Shown here: positions 1 through 9,098 of the stretch, one piece after another
Position numbering within the stretch: position 1 is the stretch's first letter
Layout: every line of letters begins with the position of its first letter
Assembly: GCA_029974275.1 (NCBI GenBank)
Contig: JARKSN010000288.1
Span: 1 to 64,000, forward strand
Length of the DNA: 64,000 nt
Reading direction: 5' to 3'
Source of the DNA: Candidatus Hydrogenedentota bacterium
GTDB taxonomy: Bacteria; Hydrogenedentota; Hydrogenedentia; Hydrogenedentales; SLHB01
Notes under the pieces: generated by a model
Told to the model about the DNA's origin: nothing
The model's database searches: none
The model's input: only the letters and a program-made list of their open reading frames with translations
Position numbers and translations under genes: made by a program

Positions 1-1
1 C

Positions 2-162
2 GTAGCGCCCGGTCTCTGTGCCGGGCGCGTTTTGGGGGGAGCGCAAGACCCCACCGTGCCGTTCCGGATCAGAACAGCCAGATTGTCCTGTCCCGCCAAG
101 TGACTTGGGCATGAATATCGACCATGCGCCCAGCCGCGCCCGGCACAGAGACCGGGCGCTAC
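2..162. repeat. GTAG-type REP doublet (REPIN-like), two inverted 28-nt copies
   Basis: GTAGCGCCCGGTCTCTGTGCCGGGCGCG at 2-29 and its exact reverse complement at 135-162; each unit is GTAG plus a CGCCCGG/CCGGGCG palindrome. Confidence 0.85.
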
Positions 163-254
163 AGAAAGATCACCGATGGCCATTCTCGTAGACATTCGAT
201 CGGCTTTTTGTGCGATAGCCCTGCGCCAGTGCGCATGGACGAGAACGCGATGGG

Positions 255-725
255 CTATGAGCGGGCGTTGGGTTGGCCCGAACAGACGCGCCCCATGCGG
301 CAACGGACGAAGGGACGAAGCTCCGGGATGGGGAGAGGACGCGCGGCGATGTCGGCCAGGGTCCAGCAGCCGAGCGTGGCGACAATGTTGCGGTGCAGTT
401 CGTACATGGCGTGATGAAACCCGCAGACCTGCTCGGGCTTGTCGTGTTCCTGGCAATAATCGCCCAGAATCCTGCCTTGGCAGGCCTCGACAATGTCCAA
501 CAGGGTGATCTCCTGGACGGACTTTCCCAAGACCACGCCTCCCTTGACGCCGCGTTGCGCGCGCAATATGCCTGCCTTGACGAGCAAGGTGCAGATTTTG
601 GCAAGGTAGGTTTGCGACGCCCCCAGGATTTCGGCGATGTGCGCCGGCGTGATGGGGGTCTTCTCTTCGCTCAAGGCGAGATAGACCAGCGTCTGGATGG
701 CGGTCTCGGATGTTTTGGTCAACAT
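255..725 (-). CDS. Rrf2 family transcriptional regulator
   Basis: MLTKTSETAIQTLVYL...SQTYLAKICTLLVKAGILRAQRGVKGGV wHTH signature; C-terminal Cys/His residues; ATG at 725 within ORF 255..1277. Confidence 0.9.
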   Translation of the reverse strand: MLTKTSETAIQTLVYLALSEEKTPITPAHIAEILGASQTYLAKICTLLVKAGILRAQRGVKGGVVLGKSVQEITLLDIVEACQGRILGDYCQEHDKPEQVCGFHHAMYELHRNIVATLGCWTLADIAARPLPIPELRPFVRCRMGRVCSGQPNARS

Positions 726-918
726 ATAGTGAACCCCGCATGTTGCACGGCGGGGATTGGGGCGTTCCCGCGCGCGCCGAAAAAACTGATCCCCCACTGC
801 CCGTGTTTCCCGAGCAAGAGTCGTCGGCCCCTGGGCGGCGCCGTGCGCAGGGTCGGCGACTGAGCATACCGCAGATCCGGGGCGTTGCGCAACGGAGCCT
901 TCCGAGGGAGCGGACGCG

Positions 919-956
919 CATGTGGGCGCGGCGCGGGGAGGAGCCGCGCCCACATG
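919..956. repeat. Perfect 14-bp hairpin between hcp and the Rrf2 gene
   Basis: CATGTGGGCGCGGC (919-932) / GCCGCGCCCACATG (943-956); no U-tract. Confidence 0.6.
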
Positions 957-988
957 GGCCTTGTCCGACGTGCTTGCACGCGGCAGGA

Positions 989-2305
989 TCACGCGCCTGC
1001 CATGGCCGCGGCAACGTCCGCCTTGGCGTCGGAGCCGATGGGCTGGACGTTGTATTTTTCCTGAAGCACGGCAAGAACGTTGGGCGTGACGAACGCGGGC
1101 AGGGCGGGGCCCAAGCGAACGCCCTTCACGCCGAGGTGCAGCAGGGTGAGGAAAATCGCGACGGCTTTCTGTTCGAACCAGGAGATGCATAGCGTCAACG
1201 GCAGATCGTTGACGCCGCAATTGAAGGCCTTGGCGAGGGCTATCGCCACCTGGATGGCGCCGTAGGCGTCGTTGCACTGCCCCATGTCGAGCAGACGCGG
1301 AATGCCGCCGATCGCGCCGTAATCGTAGTCGCGGATGCGGAACTTGCCGCAGCCCAACGTCAAGATGATCGCGTCTTCCGGCACGGCGCGCGCATAGTCG
1401 CGGAAGTAGTTGCGGCCAGGCTCCGCGCCGTCGCAGCCGCCGATCAGGAAGAAACGTTTCACCGCGCCGGCCTGCACGGCCTCGACGACCTTATCGGCCA
1501 GCCCCAGGATGACCGAGTGGTGGAACCCGATGAGGCTGGTCTTGATCGGCGTCGGCTTGAGATCGCCGATTTCCTTGGCGCGCCGGATAACCGCTGAAAA
1601 ATCGTTCCCTTTCAGGCAGGTCGCGCCGGGCACGGCCGTCACGCGCGTCGTGAAGAAGCGATCGAGATACGTGTTGAAGGTCGGATTGGGGATTTGCACG
1701 CAATTGGTCGTCGCAAGGATCACGCCGCCGAAATCTTCGAATTCCTTGAGCTGCCGTTGCCACGCGCCGCCATAATGTCCGACAAGATGCGGGTATTGTT
1801 TCAGGCCGGGGTACATGTGCGCGGGCAACATTTCGCCGTGGGTGTACACATTGATCCCCGTTCCGGCGGTTTGCTCGAGCAGATCCTTCAAGTCCACCAA
1901 ATCATGTCCCGTAACCAAAATCCCCGGACCGGGCTGGATGCCCTCTTTCACCTCGACCGGCGCGGGTTTCCCGAAGGTCTCGACGTGTCCGGCGTCGAGC
2001 AACTCCATCACGCGCAGGTTCATTCTGCCGCATTCCAACGCAAGATCGAGCAGCGACGCGATGTCGAAGTTGACGTTGGTGACCGTTGCGAACAGGGCAT
2101 CCTCAATAAACGCCTCGACTTCCGGATCGGTTTTCCCCAGCCGGCGCGCATGGTGTTTGTACGCCGCCATGCCTTTAAGCCCGTACAGGAGAATCTTCTG
2201 CAGCGACTCGACATCGGCGTTTTTGCCGCACACGCCGACATCCGTGCAGGACTTTCCGTTTCGGGTCTGTTCACACTGATCGCAATACATCTGAGTCATC
2301 GTCAC
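989..2305 (-). CDS. hcp: Hybrid cluster protein (hydroxylamine/NO reductase), short form
   Basis: N-terminal C-x2-C-x8-C-x5-C (CDQCEQTRNGKSCTDVGVC), THGEMLPAH, GGCDG, DMGQCND, SWFEQKA motifs; 438 aa. Confidence 0.97.
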   Translation of the reverse strand: MTMTQMYCDQCEQTRNGKSCTDVGVCGKNADVESLQKILLYGLKGMAAYKHHARRLGKTDPEVEAFIEDALFATVTNVNFDIASLLDLALECGRMNLRVMELLDAGHVETFGKPAPVEVKEGIQPGPGILVTGHDLVDLKDLLEQTAGTGINVYTHGEMLPAHMYPGLKQYPHLVGHYGGAWQRQLKEFEDFGGVILATTNCVQIPNPTFNTYLDRFFTTRVTAVPGATCLKGNDFSAVIRRAKEIGDLKPTPIKTSLIGFHHSVILGLADKVVEAVQAGAVKRFFLIGGCDGAEPGRNYFRDYARAVPEDAIILTLGCGKFRIRDYDYGAIGGIPRLLDMGQCNDAYGAIQVAIALAKAFNCGVNDLPLTLCISWFEQKAVAIFLTLLHLGVKGVRLGPALPAFVTPNVLAVLQEKYNVQPIGSDAKADVAAAMAGA

Positions 2306-2374
2306 TTCCTCCTGGTTGGGTAACGCAGGGCCCGTCCCCCCTGGAACGACCCTACGGGTTGCATGAATGGAGCG

Positions 2375-2986
2375 TCACGCGCGATGGCCGCACGCCGCAA
2401 CATGGGCGCCGCGCCCGCACGTCTCCGCTTTGGCAACGCCGAATTGCTCGGCCAGCGCATCGGCCAGAGAAAGAAGCTGCTCGTGGTCCCCCACGTTCAT
2501 CTCCTCCGTCTCCGCCCGCTCGAATTCCGCCAACAACGCCTGTTCGTCGTCGGCCGTCATGTTTTGTTCGGCCATCGGGAACAGGCAGGAATCCTCTTTG
2601 CGGATATGCGTCGTGAGCAGGGCGATATATGCCCGCGCCGCCTCCACGAAAATGGACACGCCCGATTGGCGGCCTTCCTCGACCGCCTTCACCGCCTCCG
2701 CCATCCGCCGCACGCAGGACCGGCCCTCCTCGTGTTCCGTCATCATCACGCCCGTGGGGCCGCCATCGCGCGGAAATCCCAGCGACTCGACAAAGGGAAA
2801 CAACTTCGCTTCCTCTTTGCCGTGATGGCATTTGTCGGCGAATGAACGAAAGAAGACGATTGCCTTGTGGGCCGCCGCCGTGTCAAGCGTACGGGTGGCG
2901 GCGGCCTGTGCCGCCATTTTGTCGAGGCATCCGAGGACTTGTTCGATGACCCGGTGTTCGTTCATGAGAATGGTGATGGGTTCCAT
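2375..2986 (-). CDS. Hemerythrin (HHE) domain protein
   Basis: LMNEHRVI, CHHGKEEAKLFP, MTEHEEGR, HIRKEDSCLFP iron-ligand motifs; ATG at 2986. Confidence 0.92.
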   Translation of the reverse strand: MEPITILMNEHRVIEQVLGCLDKMAAQAAATRTLDTAAAHKAIVFFRSFADKCHHGKEEAKLFPFVESLGFPRDGGPTGVMMTEHEEGRSCVRRMAEAVKAVEEGRQSGVSIFVEAARAYIALLTTHIRKEDSCLFPMAEQNMTADDEQALLAEFERAETEEMNVGDHEQLLSLADALAEQFGVAKAETCGRGAHVAACGHRA

Positions 2987-3025
2987 GGCCTTCTCCGCTC
3001 CTGTGTTGAGCCTGGCATCAATTAC

Positions 3026-3060
3026 AGAGATAATATATCGCTTTTGTCCGGAAATGTCAA
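3026..3060 (-). promoter_or_regulatory. sigma70 promoter of the hemerythrin-hcp-rrf2 operon with an overlapping palindromic operator
   Basis: Minus strand TTGACA-17 nt-TATATT; imperfect palindrome AGAGATA-ATA-TATCGCT (3026-3042) covers the -10 box. Confidence 0.75.
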
Positions 3061-3253
3061 GCGGATTTTTTCTCGCCGTCCGCCGCCGGCGCCTTTCACC
3101 GATCGGCGGCGCGGAAAACGGCTTCCATTTTTGGGACAACGACGCTGCAGGACGAGAAGGGGATTCGCTCCTGTCCGGCACATTACCACGTGCGGCGAAC
3201 GGCGTTTGCCTCCCCAAAGCAGACCCTAACCCTATACCAAAGAATCCATTACC

Positions 3254-4705
3254 CTAGGGCGAGGGATTGGGCGGGATGCGCGTCGGATTCTCGAATGCCT
3301 GAGGAGCAGACGGGTCCGAATCATCCCGCTGCCAAGCGTCTTCCTCCTCGTCTTCGCCCAGAGGGACAGGCGTGTGTTCTTCGGGACGGAACATGAAAAC
3401 CTGGTTGCCGCCGGATCGCTTGGCGTCGTACATCATCGCGTCGGTGAATTGGATAAACGTGCGCAGCGAATAGCCCTCTCGGTAGGGCATGAGGCCGATG
3501 CTGAGGGTCAGGTGGTCGAAACGTTTTGCCTCGAAGCTGCGTCGAATGCGCTCGGCGATGGCCAGCGCCTGGCTGTCGTCGGCTTCCGGCAGAATCACCG
3601 TGAATTCGTCGCCGCCGTAGCGGAACCCCAAGTCGACATGGACGCGGGTGCTTTCAAGAATGACCTCGCCGGTTGTTTGGAGGACTTTGTCGCCTGCCAA
3701 ATGGCCGTGGCAATCGTTGTAGGTTTTGAACTGATCGATGTCAAGGAGCAGCAGCGACAACGGGTGCTTCTGGCGGTGTGCGCGGTCCATTTCCGCTTTG
3801 AGACGGTCATGAAAATAGCGTTGGTTGAAGAGCCCGGTCAGGCTGTCCTTGATGGACATTTCCTTGAGTTCTTGCTCGAGACGTTTCTGGGCGGTGATGT
3901 CCTTGCAGATGGCCAGCAAAGCGGGCTTTTTCGTTTCAGGATGCCGCACGACGGACAAGGACATGTTGACGGGGATGGTCATGCCCTGTTTGTGGCGCAG
4001 CTCGGTCTCGTAGTTTTGGAGGGGTTGGCCTTCCTGAACCTTCCGCTGGATGTAGAGCGCTTCGCCGGGCCCCCCGACAAAGAGGTCGCGCGATGTCAAC
4101 GCGTTGAATTCTTCCTTCGAATAGCCAAACATGACGGAGGCGCCGTGATTGGCGAATTCGACTTTCCCGGTCGTATCGAGGGTCATGATGGCGTCGACGG
4201 TGCTGTGGAGGAGGCTTTCCAGGTAATCCCGGGTCGACCGCAACTCGCGGTTGACGTGCTCGAGGTCTTGGGTGGCTTCCCGGACGCGGTCTTCCAACTC
4301 CTCCTGATACCGTCGGTTTTCCAGAACAAGGTCGCGTTTTTCCATGGCGCGGGAGACGGCCAGGGTGATTTCGCCTAGATTGAAGGGTTTGAGGACGTAA
4401 TCGTCCGCGCCGGCGCGCAAGGCCTGGATGGCGCTGGTTACGTCGACGAGGGCGGTCACCACGACGATGGCGACGCGTTCATCGATGGTCTTGGCGCGCT
4501 GCACCATCTCGATGCCGTTCATCTCGGGCATCTTGAGATCCGTGAGGAACAGGGCGAAGGGGCGCGTCTGGATCATTTCAAGGGCTTGCGACGGGGAAGT
4601 CGTCGCCTCGCATACATAGCCCTGCGCCCGCAAATGCTGCGTCAGGACGTCCAGGATGCTCGGCTCATCGTCCAGGACAAGAATGCGCTTTTTCGAGGTC
4701 TCCAC
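3254..4705 (-). CDS. Response-regulator diguanylate cyclase (REC-coiled coil-PAS-GGDEF)
   Basis: ILVLDDE...FLTDLKMP...KPF receiver; PAS region ending KDIT; DSLTGLFN and RYGGDEF; GTG start at 4705. Confidence 0.95.
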   Translation of the reverse strand: METSKKRILVLDDEPSILDVLTQHLRAQGYVCEATTSPSQALEMIQTRPFALFLTDLKMPEMNGIEMVQRAKTIDERVAIVVVTALVDVTSAIQALRAGADDYVLKPFNLGEITLAVSRAMEKRDLVLENRRYQEELEDRVREATQDLEHVNRELRSTRDYLESLLHSTVDAIMTLDTTGKVEFANHGASVMFGYSKEEFNALTSRDLFVGGPGEALYIQRKVQEGQPLQNYETELRHKQGMTIPVNMSLSVVRHPETKKPALLAICKDITAQKRLEQELKEMSIKDSLTGLFNQRYFHDRLKAEMDRAHRQKHPLSLLLLDIDQFKTYNDCHGHLAGDKVLQTTGEVILESTRVHVDLGFRYGGDEFTVILPEADDSQALAIAERIRRSFEAKRFDHLTLSIGLMPYREGYSLRTFIQFTDAMMYDAKRSGGNQVFMFRPEEHTPVPLGEDEEEDAWQRDDSDPSAPQAFENPTRIPPNPSP

Positions 4706-4834
4706 GCCTCCCCCTCCTTGGATCCACACTGCCGCCGCGATAGGCCGCGCCCCCAGGCGGTCCGTCTGTTCCTGCGCCCGCCCCCCTGTCCGCGGAATGC
4801 AGGAAACCATCTGCCCGCGCAGGAACCATTCTGG

Positions 4835-5098
4835 CTACAAATATTTCAGCGCGATGACCATCACGACGATCGAGCCGATCCCCAAAGCCTTTTGCCAAGT
4901 CTTGGGGGCGCGCGGATCCTTCTTGCCGCCGCCGCTGAAAAGCCCTTCGATGCCTTTTTTGTCCATATAGGACTTGTCGCCGCCGCCATCCGCTTCGGGA
5001 GCTTTGGGCGCCGCGACGACCGGGCCGGCATACATAAAACAAGTGAAGAAAAGCACCAGAAACAGGGCTACGCTCGCCCAAAACCGCTTTTTCGACAT
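4835..5098 (-). CDS. Small exported protein with N-terminal signal peptide and C-terminal TM helix
   Basis: 87 aa; MSKKRFW + hydrophobic stretch + VAA; ends KALGIGSIVVMVIALKYL. Confidence 0.7.
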   Translation of the reverse strand: MSKKRFWASVALFLVLFFTCFMYAGPVVAAPKAPEADGGGDKSYMDKKGIEGLFSGGGKKDPRAPKTWQKALGIGSIVVMVIALKYL

Positions 5099-5275
5099 GG
5101 AACGCCTCCCTGGCGCGCTATCGAGACAGACCTCGCTATTTCGCCGCCGCCTTCAGTGTACCGCAAAGAACCGGCCAACACAACGCGCCGATGCGCGCTT
5201 GCGCCGCACCGCGCGCCCTGCTATTCTTGCCGCCTGTACGGCCACCACAACACATGGGGAAAACCGGGGTCTACC

Positions 5276-6583
5276 ATGGCAACACAACAGCCCTCGCAAG
5301 ACAAGCCTCTCGACGAACAACCCTCCAAACAGCCGGGTCGCGGCGCAGGGGCCAAGTTTGTCATCCTGTTCCTGCTGTACACGGCGGTATTTCTGGCCGT
5401 GTACAACCTTTCCTCGAATAGCCGCTCCATGAACTGGTATTTGTTCCAGGTGGGTCGCCACACCGCCGCCCTCCTGAAACCCTTCGCGCACAAGTGCACC
5501 CTCGAAGGCGGCGACGAACTCATCGGACGAGAAAACTACGTCCGTCAGGCCACGCAAGCCTGGGCACGCGGAGAGCAGGCGCCGGCCATGGACCCGTCCA
5601 CGAACCTGGAAGGCAATCCCCTTTCCTCGTGGGAGGTGTATCAGTATCGCCAGCGCTTGCGCGAAGCCTTGGCGCGCGAATACGACCTCCGGCTGGCCGC
5701 GATCGCCGGAATGAAAAGCCTCGACGGCGCGTCGCTCGAACAGATCAAGGACCATCTCCAGGAACGCATGGATCGGCTGGACAGGGGCATCGGGCGGCCC
5801 GGCCAGCTCATCCCTCCCAATGCGGAGGCCATGACCCGGCTCCAAGCCGCGAAAGGCCGTTTCGCCTATCTTTCGGAATCCGCTTCGCAGGACGAAGAGC
5901 AAACCGCCAAAGATTTCGCGGCGTTGCTTCGCGAAACAGAACAAATCGCGCAGGCCCAAACCGCCTTCCTGCTGGAATTGAAAATGCGAAGTTCCGGCGA
6001 CGCGATCCAGTCAGGCCCCCTGATTGAATTCGTCGCCAAGGTTGGCCCCAAAAGCCGTCTGCGCGAGATCGAAGGCGAAATCCGCCGCGTCAACAGCAAC
6101 ACCCTGTTGAGCGAGGAGGAAAAAACCGCGAAACTCGAATCGTTGCGCCAGGAACGCGACGCCCTGTCGCAATCTCTTCCCGAGAAGGCCGTGCTCGCCC
6201 CGCCGCAAGGCACCGCCCCCGCGGTTCTGGGATCGGTGTACGGCGATGACGAAGACCGTTTCTTCCGTTTCCGCGTCGTGCCGGACTGCGGCGCCCTCTC
6301 GGCGATGGCGATCTATTTGGCCGGCATTCTTGCGTTTCCTGCGGGATTCTGGCGGCGGATCGCGGGCTTGGCGCTGGGCTTGCCGGTTCTGTACGGCATC
6401 AACCTGATCCGTCTCGCCCTGTTGGCCGGCCTGGGGGCGTATGATCGCGAGGGAAAAGTCTTCGATTTTGTCCACCACTATATCTGGCAGGGAATCTACA
6501 TCATTTTCGTGGTGGCCGTGTGGCTGCTCTGGGTGGAACTATTCGTAAACCGGAGACAGAAATGCGAAACGAAAACCGCGTAG
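5276..6583 (+). CDS. Exosortase/archaeosortase family protein (exosortase H-like) with a large soluble insertion
   Basis: Catalytic Cys-Arg-His contexts VVPDCGALS, INLIRL, FVHHYIWQ in the C-terminal TM bundle; N-terminal TM; ATG at 5276 within ORF 4586..6583. Confidence 0.85.
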   Translation: MATQQPSQDKPLDEQPSKQPGRGAGAKFVILFLLYTAVFLAVYNLSSNSRSMNWYLFQVGRHTAALLKPFAHKCTLEGGDELIGRENYVRQATQAWARGEQAPAMDPSTNLEGNPLSSWEVYQYRQRLREALAREYDLRLAAIAGMKSLDGASLEQIKDHLQERMDRLDRGIGRPGQLIPPNAEAMTRLQAAKGRFAYLSESASQDEEQTAKDFAALLRETEQIAQAQTAFLLELKMRSSGDAIQSGPLIEFVAKVGPKSRLREIEGEIRRVNSNTLLSEEEKTAKLESLRQERDALSQSLPEKAVLAPPQGTAPAVLGSVYGDDEDRFFRFRVVPDCGALSAMAIYLAGILAFPAGFWRRIAGLALGLPVLYGINLIRLALLAGLGAYDREGKVFDFVHHYIWQGIYIIFVVAVWLLWVELFVNRRQKCETKTA

Positions 6584-7140
6584 TCGACGTGCTGTTTTTT
6601 TGCGTGAAGTTCGCGGCGTTCGCGGCCGTGTGCCTGCCCCTATGGTGGACCGTCATGCCCGCGTACGTATGGTTGCTGGGGCACGTCAGCGCCTTCGCGC
6701 TCCGGCTGGCCGCAGGCGTGGCGATCGACAGCATCGCGGTCAAGCCCGAGGGCATCCTCAACACCGGCATCACGCTGGCCTACGTCGTCGAAGGCCGCTA
6801 CCGGATTCTCGATGTCGCCCGCCTTGTCACCAACGTCGCTCCCTTCGTGGCGCTCGTGCTTGCCACGCCCCGGATCGCGTGGCTCAAGCGGCTGCGCATT
6901 CTGGGGATCGGCATGGCGATCCTGAGCGCGGGCCATGCCGCCTACCTCATTCTGGCTTGTGCGTTTTACCAGACCATCATCCAGAATCCGGCCTTTGCGC
7001 AAAGCGTGATTGCGATTGGCGAATACACCGTGATGACCTTGCCGTTCCTGCTCTGGGCGGCCCTCGCCTACTGGGACCGGTTGTCAGCCCTTCTCGCGGC
7101 GGCGGCGCCGGCGACGCACAACGCAAACGCCAAGTCCTAA
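6562..7140 (+). CDS. Exosortase H-associated-like membrane protein
   Basis: Multi-TM protein with ALVLATP and LPFLLW motifs; overlaps the exosortase 3' end. Confidence 0.65.
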   Translation: MRNENRVVDVLFFCVKFAAFAAVCLPLWWTVMPAYVWLLGHVSAFALRLAAGVAIDSIAVKPEGILNTGITLAYVVEGRYRILDVARLVTNVAPFVALVLATPRIAWLKRLRILGIGMAILSAGHAAYLILACAFYQTIIQNPAFAQSVIAIGEYTVMTLPFLLWAALAYWDRLSALLAAAAPATHNANAKS

Positions 7141-7156
7141 CCCGGCAAAGCGGAGC

Positions 7157-7682
7157 CAAGATTCACCACAAAGACACACGGATGTCGCCGACAAGAACGA
7201 GCGCAGATGCTTTTCTTTGCGAACTTCGCAATCTCTGCGCGCTATGGTTCGAAATTCCTTCACGCAGAGATGCAGAGAACGCCGAGCAACGCCGAGAAGG
7301 AAAGCGCACGAGAACGAGATTTCGGAACGGCTTATTGGAGCGGCAGGAAAAGTCGTTGTGGACGTGAAAGCGAAAGAAGAGATGACCGAAAAGGATCACG
7401 CGAAGACATAGACCCTTCGAGTGCCGGAACGCATCTTGGCCTCAACATGAATTTCCAAGAGTTGCGGATCGTAGACGGTCTCAAGCAGATCGTCAACCAT
7501 CTCGAATGAAATCGCTCTGCGTTTCTTTGCGTCCTCCGCGTCTCTGCGTTACGGCTCGAAATTCCTTCCATGCAGAGCGCGAAAAGAGCGCAGAGAAAAG
7601 AGGCCCGATTCAAAGACGCACATCAAAAGCGGATCGGATGCCGCTCTTTTTCCCGTGGCGTTTGCGTGTTTCGTGGGTGAGG
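7157..7682. mobile_element. Nested palindromic repeat element carrying a GxxExxY remnant
   Basis: Degenerate outer inverted repeats (TCACCACAAAGACAC ~7163; GTGTTTCGTGGGTGA ~7666-7680) enclose two direct-repeat hairpin units (~7212-7296, ~7515-7600) flanking the remnant. Confidence 0.6.
7304..7509 (+). pseudogene. Internally deleted, frameshifted GxxExxY (PD-(D/E)XK) protein gene
   Basis: HENEISERLIGAA fused directly to GKVVVDVKAKEEMTEKDHAKT*, then in another frame THLGLNMNFQELRIVDGLKQIVNHLE*; matches the N- and C-termini of GxxExxY proteins with the central motif missing. Confidence 0.8.
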
Positions 7683-7886
7683 GTTCTTTTTCGCGGATGC
7701 GTGTGATTCCCGACTCAGACACGGCGAATCTTGACGCCCTTTCTGCTCTGTGTTCTTGCGCTAAAGTTCTTCTGATTTCGTTTCATTTTGAACAAGAGTT
7801 CATCACGAAGGGAATACACAGCAAAACCGGGGCCGTCTTGCTCGAAAAAGAGCGAAGACGGCCCCGGCTTGTTCGAATGTCTCGGC

Positions 7887-9098
7887 CTATCGACGGCGCA
7901 GCAGGCTAGGACGCCGGCGTTGTTTGCTTCGCGAAACGGTTTTGCCGCGCTCTTCCATGGGCCGGAAAAGCGTGAGGACCGGCACGGCGCCTTCCCATTC
8001 TTCGCGCTCCAGGTTTTTGCCCAGGGACGTCTCGAGCGCCCCTAGTTCCGCGCACTCCTGCGGCGACACGAACGTGATCGCGTCGCCCTGCATGTTGGCG
8101 CGCCCTGTGCGTCCGATGCGGTGAATATAATCCTCCGCGCACTTGGGAATGTCGAAATTGATGACGTGGCTGATCCCCTGAACGTCGATGCCGCGCGCGG
8201 CGACGTCCGTGGCGACCAATACATCGTACTGCCCCTGCCGAAATCCATCGAGCGCTTGCTGGCGCTGATTCTGCGAACGATCGCCGTGGATCGCCTGCAC
8301 GCGGAACCCGCGCTTGTGCAAGGCCCGCGCGACATGGTCCGTGCGGCGTTTCGTGCGGATGAACACCAGCGAGGATCGCATCTCGGGAGCCTCGAGCAGC
8401 TTCGCAAGCAACGAGATTTTTCCCGCAGGGTCCACGGTATACAGCTTCTGCTGGACGGTGTCGATCGGGGCGGTCACCGCGCCGATCGAGATGCGCTCCG
8501 GGGCGTTTTGCATGGACGAGGCCAACCGCGCCACTTCGTCCGGAAACGTCGCGGAGAAAAACAACGTCTGTCTATCCCGCGGAAGCAGCGACAAAATGCG
8601 CCGGATTTGCGGCATAAACCCCATGTCCAGCATGCGGTCCGCTTCATCCAGCACCAACACCGACAAGCGATCGAAGCGGATGTTGCCGCGCCCGATATGG
8701 TCCAGCAACCGGCCCGGCGTCGCGACGACAATCGCGCGCCCCTGGCGCAATGCTTGCTCTTGGGGAACCATTCCGGCGCCGCCATAAATGCACACCGAGC
8801 GCAACCCAAGCGCCTTGGCGAACGGTTCGATCACGGAGTTCACTTGCACGGCGAGTTCGCGCGTTGGCGTGAGCACCAGCATGGCAATGCCCTTTTTCGG
8901 CCCCTGCGCGATGCGCGTCAGGGACGGCAACACAAACGCCAGCGTCTTGCCCGTGCCGGTTTGCGCAATGCCCAGCACATCGCCGCCTTCGAGCACCACC
9001 GGAATGGCCTGCGCCTGAATGGGCGTGGGCTCCACGAGTTCCTGGGCTTTGAGAATTCTGAGGCAACGCGGATCGATACTGAAATCATCAAAAGTCAT
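7887..9098 (-). CDS. DEAD-box RNA helicase (RhlE-like)
   Basis: Q motif PTPIQ, AQTGTGKT, PTRELA, DEADRMLDMGF, SAT, HRIGRTGR. Confidence 0.97.
   Translation of the reverse strand: MTFDDFSIDPRCLRILKAQELVEPTPIQAQAIPVVLEGGDVLGIAQTGTGKTLAFVLPSLTRIAQGPKKGIAMLVLTPTRELAVQVNSVIEPFAKALGLRSVCIYGGAGMVPQEQALRQGRAIVVATPGRLLDHIGRGNIRFDRLSVLVLDEADRMLDMGFMPQIRRILSLLPRDRQTLFFSATFPDEVARLASSMQNAPERISIGAVTAPIDTVQQKLYTVDPAGKISLLAKLLEAPEMRSSLVFIRTKRRTDHVARALHKRGFRVQAIHGDRSQNQRQQALDGFRQGQYDVLVATDVAARGIDVQGISHVINFDIPKCAEDYIHRIGRTGRANMQGDAITFVSPQECAELGALETSLGKNLEREEWEGAVPVLTLFRPMEERGKTVSRSKQRRRPSLLRRR

Noticed and set aside
7157..7682. Possible CRISPR array from the repeated GAAATTCCTT-containing units
   Set aside because: Only two degenerate copies about 300 nt apart, no regular spacers and no cas genes.
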